Below are positions 24,700 to 32,000 of a DNA stretch of 32,000 nt, piece by piece. Origin of the DNA: Acinetobacter guerrae. GTDB lineage: Bacteria; Pseudomonadota; Gammaproteobacteria; Pseudomonadales; Moraxellaceae. The translations under genes were made by a program, and so were the position numbers. Below the pieces are notes generated by a model. It saw only the letters and a list, made by a program, of their open reading frames with translations, was not told the origin of the DNA and made no database searches. Location: contig NZ_LXGN01000059.1 in the NCBI RefSeq assembly GCF_009372255.1, positions 4,564-36,563 of the forward strand, written 5' to 3'. The first letter of the stretch is position 1; every line of letters starts with the position of its first letter.

Positions 24700-26529
24700 A
24701 TGAGTCATTCAACCGCACAAAAATATGATATCGAAGTACCTGTTTTAATTGTAGGTGGTGGTCCAGCAGGACTTGTGTCATCACTTTTGCTTTCCCGATA
24801 TGGTATTAAAAGTTTATTAATTAATAAGCATAGCTGGACTGCCAATGGTCCTCGCGCGCACATTACCAATCAGCGTACGGTAGAAGTCTTTCGTGATGCT
24901 CAGGTCGAAGAACAGGTCAAAGCCTTGTCGCTACCACATGATTTAATGGCGAACAATATTTGGGCAACCAGTTTTTCAGGACAAGAAATAGCCCGATTGC
25001 TGACATGGGGCAATGCCATTGAGCGTAAGTCAGATTATGAAAAAGCCAGTCCATCGGAGATGTGTAATATTCCCCAACACATTTTAGAGCCGATTTTAGC
25101 GAATGAAGCATTACGAGCAGGATCTCTCACGCGTTTTAATACTGAATTGATTGATTTTATACAGGATGATCAGGGGGTGACTGCAACCATTTTAGATCGA
25201 ACTACTCAGCAGCAGCTTCGTGTTCGCTCACAATATATGATTGGTGCTGATGGCGCACGTAGTCTGGTGGTTGATAAATTAGGACTTAATTTACAGGGTG
25301 AAATGGGATTAGGTTGCGCAGTCAATGTTTGGTTAAAAGCAGATTTAACTAAATACTGCGAACATCGACCAGGGGTATTGTATTGGATTGTGCAACCAGG
25401 GAGCGATTACTGGGTAGGTAGTGGCACATTTATTTGTGTAAAACCTTGGGATGAATGGATCATGTTATATATGTATGATCCTGCCGAAGGTGAACCTGAT
25501 TTAAGTCATGAAGCGATTATTGCGCGTGCAAAAAAAGTCATTGGTGATGATGAAATTGATATCGAAGTTTTAACCACCAGTAAATGGCAAATCAATCATA
25601 TTGTGGCTGAGCAATATTCTAAAGGTCGGGTATTTTGTATGGGAGACGCTGTACATCGTCATCCACCAGCAAATGGTTTAGGAACCAATACCTCGATACA
25701 GGATGCATTTAATCTGGCGTGGAAATTGGCAATGGTTTTAAAAGGTCAGGCAGGTCATGGTTTACTTGAGTCTTATACACAGGAACGCCAGCCTGTCGGT
25801 AAAGCTGTGGTTAATCGTGCCATGCAATCTGTTCAAAATATGTTGCCAATTTCTCAAGCATTGGGTTTTAAACCGGGGCAGTCTGAGCAGGAAGGCTGGG
25901 ATAGCTTAAATGAACTGTACAGAGATACTGAGTTAGGGCAACAACGTCGTGATCAATTACATCAGGCAGTACAATTACAGCATTACCAGTTTAACTGTCA
26001 TGGGGTAGAACTTGGACAATACTATGCCAGTCAGTCAATTGTCAGTGAGAAAACCACACCGAAAAAAACGCAAGATGCAGAATTATATTATCAGCCTACG
26101 ACAAGCCCAGGAGCAAAACTACCTCATGCGTGGTTGCACGATGTCAAAGGCAAGCGACTTTCAACGTTAGATATTTGTGGACATGGGCAGATGACTTTGT
26201 TAACAGGGCATGGTGGAGATTGTTGGCAGCAAGCTGTGCAGTATGTCGAACAGCAAACAGGACTTAAGGTACAAGTGAAACAGATAGGTCTTGGACTCGA
26301 ATATTTTGATTCCTACGGAGATTGGGCATCATTACGGGAAATAGAAGAAAATGGTTGTGTACTGGTACGACCAGATCATCATGTAGCATGGCGCAGTAAT
26401 AAGGCAAGCAATGATGCCAATCAATTATTAATGGATGTTGTGAATCAAATTCTGGATAGAGCAGGGATAATCTCTACACATGAATCTACATCGGTGGGTC
26501 GCAGTACCGTGTTGCTAGAAGCACATTAA
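24700..26529 (+). CDS. FAD-dependent aromatic monooxygenase (phenol hydroxylase / TfdB / MhpA class) with a C-terminal thioredoxin-like domain
   Basis: The GxGxxG motif VLIVGGGPAGLVSSLLL and GDAVHRHPPANGLGTNTSIQDAFNLAWKL are present. The 609-aa length is typical of the PheA/TfdB group. Confidence 0.85.
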   Translation: MSHSTAQKYDIEVPVLIVGGGPAGLVSSLLLSRYGIKSLLINKHSWTANGPRAHITNQRTVEVFRDAQVEEQVKALSLPHDLMANNIWATSFSGQEIARLLTWGNAIERKSDYEKASPSEMCNIPQHILEPILANEALRAGSLTRFNTELIDFIQDDQGVTATILDRTTQQQLRVRSQYMIGADGARSLVVDKLGLNLQGEMGLGCAVNVWLKADLTKYCEHRPGVLYWIVQPGSDYWVGSGTFICVKPWDEWIMLYMYDPAEGEPDLSHEAIIARAKKVIGDDEIDIEVLTTSKWQINHIVAEQYSKGRVFCMGDAVHRHPPANGLGTNTSIQDAFNLAWKLAMVLKGQAGHGLLESYTQERQPVGKAVVNRAMQSVQNMLPISQALGFKPGQSEQEGWDSLNELYRDTELGQQRRDQLHQAVQLQHYQFNCHGVELGQYYASQSIVSEKTTPKKTQDAELYYQPTTSPGAKLPHAWLHDVKGKRLSTLDICGHGQMTLLTGHGGDCWQQAVQYVEQQTGLKVQVKQIGLGLEYFDSYGDWASLREIEENGCVLVRPDHHVAWRSNKASNDANQLLMDVVNQILDRAGIISTHESTSVGRSTVLLEAH

Positions 26530-26550
26530 ATTTAACAAGTTCATATAAAT

Positions 26551-26586
26551 AAAAAACCCGCTAGATCAATCTAACGGGTTTTTTTA
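26551..26586. terminator. bidirectional terminator between the monooxygenase and aminotransferase genes
   Basis: AAAAAACCCGCTAGAT-CA-ATCTAACGGGTTTTTTT. Confidence 0.75.
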
Positions 26587-26601
26587 TTTCAAATTTTTAA
26601 A

Positions 26602-27834
26602 TTAAGCCTTTTTCTCTGCTTCGATTGAAGCAATGGCAGCGTCAATTCCATCAATAGATTCAGCTGCTTTTTTGATACGGGCTAAAGCATCAACTAAAAC
26701 TTCATCAGCCGTTGCATATGAGATACGCATAAAGCCACCCAGACCAAAAGCATCACCTGGTACAACGGCAACACCTGTTTCTTCAAGTAACCATTCAGAA
26801 AACTCGGTGCAAGATTTTAAACCTTTGGCACGAATCAGTGGACGAATATTGGCATAAGCGTAGAAAGCGCCATCGGCTGGTAAGCAGCTAATACCATGAA
26901 TTTCGTTTAAGCCATTTACAACTAAGTCATGGCGGCGTTTAAATGCCTCAATCATTGGCTCAAGTACATCTTGTGGGCCATTCAATGCCGCTTCAGCAGC
27001 AACTTGTGAAATTGAAGTTGGGTTTGAAGTGGATTGAGACTGAATTTTTTTCATTGCGCCGATGAGCTTTGCTGGACCTGCTGCATAACCAATACGCCAA
27101 CCTGTCATTGCATAGGCTTTAGATACACCATTTAAAACAATGGTGCGGTCATACAAATCTGGAGCAACAGTCACGATATTGTAGAACTCATCTTCCCAAC
27201 GAATCGGTTCATACATATCGTCAGAAGCGATATAAACCTGTGGGTGTTTGCGCAAAACTTCAGCCAATGCTTCAAGTTCAGCTTTGGTATAAATCATACC
27301 TGTTGGGTTAGAAGGGCTATTTAGTACCAATAAACGAGTATTTGGTGTAATTGCTGCTTCTAACTGTTGTGGTGTAATTTTAAAACGTTGGTCTTCACCA
27401 CATTTTACAATCACAGGTGTCCCTTCTGCGATAATTACCATATCTGGATAACTTACCCAATAAGGTGCAGGGATAATGACTTCGTCACCTTTATTTAACA
27501 ATGCCAATGCAAGGTTAAAAAATGATTGTTTACCACCACAAGATACCAAAATCTGGTTCGCTTGATAATCAAGATTATTGTCGCGTTTAAATTTTGCAAT
27601 GATTGCTTTTTTTAGGCCTGGCGTACCATCAACCGCTGTATATTTAGTAAAACCATTATTAATGGCTTCAATAGCAGCATCTTTGATGTGTTGCGGGGTA
27701 TCAAAATCTGGTTCACCTGCGCCCAAACCAATGACATTTTTACCAGCAGCTTTGAGTTCAGCAGCTTTATTGGTAACAGCAAGAGTAGGGGACGGTTTGA
27801 TGGCATTCACACGATCAGACAGACGTACGTCCAC
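26602..27834 (-). CDS. class I pyridoxal-phosphate-dependent aminotransferase (aspartate/aromatic type)
   Basis: The GTG start is preceded by AAGGAA. The product contains NSPSNPTG and the PLP-lysine context GVSKAYAMTGWRIGY. Confidence 0.9.
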   Translation of the reverse strand: MDVRLSDRVNAIKPSPTLAVTNKAAELKAAGKNVIGLGAGEPDFDTPQHIKDAAIEAINNGFTKYTAVDGTPGLKKAIIAKFKRDNNLDYQANQILVSCGGKQSFFNLALALLNKGDEVIIPAPYWVSYPDMVIIAEGTPVIVKCGEDQRFKITPQQLEAAITPNTRLLVLNSPSNPTGMIYTKAELEALAEVLRKHPQVYIASDDMYEPIRWEDEFYNIVTVAPDLYDRTIVLNGVSKAYAMTGWRIGYAAGPAKLIGAMKKIQSQSTSNPTSISQVAAEAALNGPQDVLEPMIEAFKRRHDLVVNGLNEIHGISCLPADGAFYAYANIRPLIRAKGLKSCTEFSEWLLEETGVAVVPGDAFGLGGFMRISYATADEVLVDALARIKKAAESIDGIDAAIASIEAEKKA

Positions 27835-28051
27835 GGCAGCATTCCTTCTTATGGGATTAAAAAAAATAAAAGCATACTATCTTAGCCCAAAATTGTTGAG
27901 ACGTGTTTTATTATCAAAACAAATTTATAAAAAACATAACGCGAGTGTAATTCAAATAAACGAATAGACATTTACTTTGTTATTTTTAGCGGCATCTTGG
28001 GTGAAAATCATTTAAAATAAGCAAAGATCACCCAAAATTTAAGTGAACATC

Positions 28052-28234
28052 ATGAGTGAACAAAAGCCCAAAGCGAAAAAGGCTTTAGTGAAATTACCTT
28101 TTCCAATGCCTCAAGCGGCAGATTACGAAGACGAAGATGCTGTGCATAATCAGGTTCGTCCAAAACCTGAACAATATGCAGATCGTACTTGGATGCCACC
28201 ACGTGGTACGCGTAGGTCGATGGGAAAACGCTAA
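28052..28234 (+). CDS. small basic/acidic hypothetical protein (60 aa; 63 aa if the GTG at 28043 is used)
   Basis: The ORF has its own downstream hairpin terminator, but I saw no clear RBS. Confidence 0.45.
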   Translation: MSEQKPKAKKALVKLPFPMPQAADYEDEDAVHNQVRPKPEQYADRTWMPPRGTRRSMGKR

Positions 28235-28268
28235 ATTCCAGTCATCTTTAATCAAAGCGACAAATCAG

Positions 28269-28301
28269 AAAAACCCTTCATCTAAATGTAAGGGTTTTTT
28301 T
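28269..28301 (+). terminator. rho-independent terminator
   Basis: AAACCCTT-11 nt loop-AAGGGTTT followed by a T-run. Confidence 0.7.
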
Positions 28302-28347
28302 ATGGGGCACATATTTAAGCTTGACGGATCTTCGTTATTTATATTAT

Positions 28348-28362
28348 TGTTATAGTATAACA
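28348..28362. promoter_or_regulatory. Zur box overlapping the promoter of the L36 paralogue
   Basis: TGTTATA-G-TATAACA is a perfect 15-bp palindrome matching the gamma-proteobacterial Zur operator core (TGTTATAnTATAACA). It lies 22 nt upstream of the ATG. Confidence 0.7.
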
Positions 28363-28384
28363 TAATATTTTAAAGGTTGTTTTT

Positions 28385-28510
28385 ATGCAAGTTCTATCTT
28401 CTCTTAAAAGTGCAAAAAAGCGTTCGCCTGATTGTCAAATTGTTCGTCGTCGTGGCAAGCTTTATGTCATTTGTAAATCTAATCCGCGTTTTAAAGCACG
28501 GCAGGGTTAA
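28385..28510 (+). CDS. ykgO: 50S ribosomal protein L36, zinc-independent paralogue (YkgO type); absent from the ORF track
   Basis: My hand translation is [41 protein letters not shown] (41 aa). This is very close to E. coli YkgO as I recall it. Confidence 0.9.
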   Translation: MQVLSSLKSAKKRSPDCQIVRRRGKLYVICKSNPRFKARQG

Positions 28511-28533
28511 AACAGGCTTTTGCCTGTTTTTTT
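28509..28533. terminator. bidirectional terminator between the L36 paralogue and the GGDEF gene
   Basis: AACAGGC-TTTT-GCCTGTT followed by a T-run. Confidence 0.75.
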
Positions 28534-29968
28534 AAATTGCTTCTTTATCTTGATAAAAATGTTTTTTGCGTTGATACATTTGCTGGTCAGCGCGTTTAAG
28601 CATAGATTCGATACTTTCACTTTCGAGTGTGGTGGCAGAACCAAACGACATACTAATTGGTTGGCTTGAGTAATATTGGTTATCAATATTAAATAGTTCC
28701 TGAATGGTTTGTAGCATGACCAAAACAGCCACTTCATCTGTTCCTGGCATCAGGATGACAAACTCATCCCCCCCAATACGTGATGCTGTATAGGTTGTAT
28801 TTTGAATAGCCTGAGTCAATACGCTACCAACACGACGCAATAAACCATCGCCCACGTCATGCCCAAGTTGATCATTGACTTCTTTTAAGCCGTTCATATC
28901 CAGAAAAATACAAGATACTGGTCGCAATATGCTGCGTTCCAGACGATTTAATTCTTCAGTAAAGAAAGAACGGTTATACAGTTTGGTCAGAACATCATGT
29001 TTGCCCAAATATTCCAGATAATTTTCTGCTTTTTTCCGTGCAGTAATGTCGGTTAAAGCAACCTGAATGAGTCCCCAATCTTCTTCATAACCTGGAAAGA
29101 CCGTAAATTGTAATAGTACATTTCGGATTGTACCATCTAGTGCATAATTCACAGCTTCACGCTGATGGTGAATGTTGCCTTTCCATAGTTCAATCAGTTG
29201 TTCACGGAAAGTATTCAGCATTTCATTTGAAAAGACTTTGTGGATGTTTTTGAGTAAAGTTTGTTTGTCGGGCGCCTGAAACAAATCCAGTGTAGCCTGA
29301 TTGACATCCAGTATTAAAATGTCCTCAATACATTGATTGACAAATTCAGGATGCACATCTAAAAAAGTACGAAAATCATCAATCCCGATCTGTTTTAATT
29401 GATCAATACGAACTTTGACCCGACTGAAATCTTCAACCCAAAGAGAAGCAGGTGAATACACAAATCTTGCTTCAGCTAATCGACGATTTTTTTCCTCAAG
29501 TCTGCGTGCATTTTGATAAGTTGTGACATCTTCGGTGGTGATTAATAATCGTTCAAAAGATTGTTCATAACCAGGCAATATGGCGCCACGCAATTGAATA
29601 TCCAAACGTTTGCCAGATAAGCTGTAATTCACTGCAACACTGGAAAATTGTGTTTTCCCTTCCCATAAATCGACTAATTCATGAATATGCGATTTGAACA
29701 TATCTTCCTGAAAAATACGATCAAGATTGTCGCATAAATGTTCCTGTGAATTTGCTTCAAACAAATCGAGGGTTTTTTGATTCACAGAGATAATTTTGAT
29801 TTTATGCGCACATTGACGAACCCGATCAAGATCGTTACTTAAAAACGTGTATAGATCTTCAATGCCCTGAGCTCGCCATGCATTAAACTGGGTTTTTATA
29901 TCGCTATAGTCTTCCAGCCACATTGGAATCGGTGCAAGGTCAAAAATAGATGAATCTAAAGTCTGCAT
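28532..29968 (-). CDS. diguanylate cyclase with two PAS-like sensor domains
   Basis: The C-terminal GGDEF domain contains RIGGDEFVILM. Two internally similar N-terminal modules are present (...LFEANSQEH... and ...LFQAPDKQT...). Confidence 0.85.
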   Translation of the reverse strand: MQTLDSSIFDLAPIPMWLEDYSDIKTQFNAWRAQGIEDLYTFLSNDLDRVRQCAHKIKIISVNQKTLDLFEANSQEHLCDNLDRIFQEDMFKSHIHELVDLWEGKTQFSSVAVNYSLSGKRLDIQLRGAILPGYEQSFERLLITTEDVTTYQNARRLEEKNRRLAEARFVYSPASLWVEDFSRVKVRIDQLKQIGIDDFRTFLDVHPEFVNQCIEDILILDVNQATLDLFQAPDKQTLLKNIHKVFSNEMLNTFREQLIELWKGNIHHQREAVNYALDGTIRNVLLQFTVFPGYEEDWGLIQVALTDITARKKAENYLEYLGKHDVLTKLYNRSFFTEELNRLERSILRPVSCIFLDMNGLKEVNDQLGHDVGDGLLRRVGSVLTQAIQNTTYTASRIGGDEFVILMPGTDEVAVLVMLQTIQELFNIDNQYYSSQPISMSFGSATTLESESIESMLKRADQQMYQRKKHFYQDKEAI

Positions 29969-30101
29969 TCAGGAAATTCCAATGAATTATTTAATTTTTC
30001 AGGGAGTATAAAACCAACATCTAGTCTTGGAAATAGAAAGGTGTAAAAAATAGACAGTTTAAGTGAAGTGTGTAAAGAGAACTATCGTAAGTGTTCAATT
30101 G

Positions 30102-30151
30102 AAAAAAAGTCTAGGTTGCTATTTTATAAGCGAATAAAACAGCAGCCTAGA
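30102..30151 (-). terminator. terminator of the 266-aa gene
   Basis: On the minus strand I read TCTAGGCTGCT, a 20-nt loop and AGCAACCTAGA, followed by CTTTTTTTC. Confidence 0.6.
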
Positions 30152-30159
30152 CATCGACT

Positions 30160-30960
30160 TTATGATTTTATCCGATTAATGGGATGTTGAATGGTGATAT
30201 CACCGCGCCAAAGTTTAATGAAATCTTGTTCATCAATGTCATATAACTCCATCAGCGCAACAATAACACCGACAAAAATCATGGCCCCTTCGCTATTACC
30301 ATGAAAATTAAAAATTTTACCATTGAGCTTACTCAGGATGTCTTCGAGTTCACGTTCACGACCTCGACCGTAACGATCACGCGGGTAAATATCTTCATTC
30401 AAAACAATTAAGGCAATAGATTTTTCGGCATCATTTAAATCAGTTTTGTTTAATGCTTCTTCAAAAGAGTCGCTGCCATGATCAAAATAAAAAATTACAT
30501 CGTCGTTAATAAAAGACTGCACGGTATGGGAGGTTAAATCTGGAAATTGAGAAATGGCATTTTCATCAATATAGGGTTTAAAGGACTCAGGCAATATCAC
30601 ATTGGAATGAATGCCTTTAAATAAGGGTGCAATTTCTGAAACTTTATAACCCGCAATACCGCAACCCAAAGCAGTAATGAAATATTTTATTTTGGGATGA
30701 TGTTTGGCATAGATTTTAAAATCATTCACATAATGCTCAATTTGAGACAATGGCATTCTTTGTAGGTGTTCATTTAAAGTGGGAATGGCAAAGCTTTGAC
30801 CTGCCCAACCACGACCCACATGATTTACTGCGCCAAAATGCTGTGCAGCGACACGCGCTGCACCATGTGTGTGTTGCCCAGCCATATTACTGCCAAAGAC
30901 AAAAACCGTATCTTCAGGAAGTTCAGTAACAATGCTTTCATCGTGATAATGGTATGTCAT
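30160..30960 (-). CDS. two-domain protein: N-terminal domain of the family I recall as 'A1S_2505 family phage non-structural protein', C-terminal domain unknown
   Basis: The 266-aa ORF has the N-terminal motifs VFVFGSNMAGQHTHGAA and GQSFAIPT. The family name is recalled from memory and not verified. The C-terminal ~130 aa are acidic and carry no motif I recognise. Confidence 0.45.
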   Translation of the reverse strand: MTYHYHDESIVTELPEDTVFVFGSNMAGQHTHGAARVAAQHFGAVNHVGRGWAGQSFAIPTLNEHLQRMPLSQIEHYVNDFKIYAKHHPKIKYFITALGCGIAGYKVSEIAPLFKGIHSNVILPESFKPYIDENAISQFPDLTSHTVQSFINDDVIFYFDHGSDSFEEALNKTDLNDAEKSIALIVLNEDIYPRDRYGRGRERELEDILSKLNGKIFNFHGNSEGAMIFVGVIVALMELYDIDEQDFIKLWRGDITIQHPINRIKS

Positions 30961-31126
30961 AGGGTTTGAATTCTGAGCTTGATTTGTTCCATGTTGCAGA
31001 GGAAAAGCGGATGGGTCAAGTACAAAATGTAGAAATTAAATTTACAGGAAAAGCCTTTAAATTGAGGGTGAATTGCCCCATAAAGGGCTTAGCGAAATGA
31101 ATTTTTGAAAAGAAGAGAGCAGGCGA

Positions 31127-32000
31127 GTGAGCGATAAGCAACCCTTTGAGTTAGTGACCAGTTATCAGCCAGCGGGTGATCAGCCTCAAGCGATTGAAAA
31201 ACTGGTGCATGGTGTTGAAAGTGGCTATCGCAATCAATTGCTATTGGGGGTTACGGGTTCTGGTAAAACCTATACCATGGCGAATGTGATTGCACAAACT
31301 CAGCGGCCAACGATTGTCATGGCACATAACAAAACGCTTGCAGCACAATTATATGGCGAGTTTAAAGCTTTCTTTCCCAATAACTCAGTCGAATATTTTG
31401 TCAGTTATTATGACTATTATCAGCCAGAAGCTTATGTACCCTCGTCTGATACGTTTATTGAAAAAGATGCGGCGATTAATGATCATATCGATCAGATGCG
31501 ACTTTCTGCCACACGAGCATTATTAGAACGTCGTGATGCAATTATTGTAGCATCAGTATCTGCCATCTATGGTTTGGGTGATCCCGAAGCCTATATGAAA
31601 ATGTTACTGCATGTGGTCGAGGGTGATCGTATCAACCGTGATGACCTGATTCGCCGTTTGGTTGAAATGCAATATACCCGCAATGAACTTGAGTTTTTAC
31701 GGGGTACTTATCGAATTCGGGGTGAAATTTTAGATGTATTTCCTGCCGAGTCGGATCAAAATGCGATTCGTATCGAGTTGTTTGATGATGAAGTCGAATC
31801 GATTCGCTGGTTTGATCCTTTAACAGGTAAAATGTTGCGTCAAGTGCCGCGTGTGACAATTTATCCAAAAAGCCATTATGTGACGCCAAAAGACAATTTA
31901 TCGCGCGCGATCGATACCATTAAAGTTGAATTACAGGATCAGCTTAAATTTTTCCGTGAACACGACAAATTGATCGAAGCACAGCGCATTGAGCAACGTA
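31127..32000 (+). CDS. uvrB: excinuclease ABC subunit B, N-terminal part (runs off the window; absent from the ORF track)
   Basis: My hand translation from the GTG at 31127 is [26 protein letters not shown]...[18 protein letters not shown]...[23 protein letters not shown]. These are classic UvrB motifs. Confidence 0.9.
   Translation, partial: MSDKQPFELVTSYQPAGDQPQAIEKLVHGVESGYRNQLLLGVTGSGKTYTMANVIAQTQRPTIVMAHNKTLAAQLYGEFKAFFPNNSVEYFVSYYDYYQPEAYVPSSDTFIEKDAAINDHIDQMRLSATRALLERRDAIIVASVSAIYGLGDPEAYMKMLLHVVEGDRINRDDLIRRLVEMQYTRNELEFLRGTYRIRGEILDVFPAESDQNAIRIELFDDEVESIRWFDPLTGKMLRQVPRVTIYPKSHYVTPKDNLSRAIDTIKVELQDQLKFFREHDKLIEAQRIEQR

Noticed and set aside
27578-27967. 129-aa plus-strand ORF and other short ORFs overlapping the aminotransferase gene
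   Set aside because: They are antisense shadow ORFs within a strongly supported PLP-aminotransferase CDS. The same reasoning applies to 121-453, 1953-2162, 2371-2652, 3944-4153, 7705-8028, 10371-10784, 12585-13277, 15634-15870, 20324-20965, 23272-23481 and 24256-25111.
27997-28035. TTGGGTGA...TCACCCAA inverted repeat upstream of the 60-aa ORF
   Set aside because: It is an 8-bp stem with a 23-nt loop in a promoter region. That is too weak to assign a function, and no repeat of it occurs elsewhere in the window.
31290-31889. Track ORFs 31290-31526 (+) and 31632-31889 (-)
   Set aside because: Both lie inside the uvrB reading frame, which starts at 31127 and is missing from the track. Their products have implausible sequences, so I treat them as shadow ORFs.
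1-32000. CRISPR arrays, IS elements or transposases, rRNA, and reverse transcriptase or known defence-system signatures
   Set aside because: I saw none on either strand. The only mobile DNA recognised is the tRNA-Glu prophage.

Overview
AT-rich gamma-proteobacterial chromosome; gene content and protein sequences suggest Acinetobacter/Moraxellaceae, but this is unverified. All calls rest on reading the sequence and on motifs recalled from memory. No database or HMM search was run.

Most of the window is core housekeeping: hrpA 3' end, a FabH-like KAS III, an FdhF/YdeP-type molybdoenzyme with fdhD, an alpha/beta hydrolase, a LysP-like permease, a cold-shock protein, a DMT transporter, glnA with a sigma-54 promoter, tRNA-Asn, a GntR-controlled three-enzyme aromatic catabolism cluster, a class I aminotransferase, a Zur-box-controlled L36 paralogue, a PAS-PAS-GGDEF cyclase and the uvrB 5' end.

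The standout is an ~8.5 kb insertion at 9038-17644, bounded by an exact 58-bp direct repeat of the 3' end of tRNA-Glu(UUC). It has the gene order of a filamentous (inovirus-type) phage: Rep, putative ssDNA-binding protein, small ORFs, major coat precursor, terminator, pIII-like, pVI-like and Zot/pI. It also carries its own tyrosine integrase and an oppositely oriented HTH regulator whose last codons lie in attR. No secretin gene is present.

Inside the element I note GC-rich hairpin clusters, operator-like palindromes, two coupled micro-ORFs missing from the ORF track, and a segment open on both strands. I saw no CRISPR array, rRNA or IS element.
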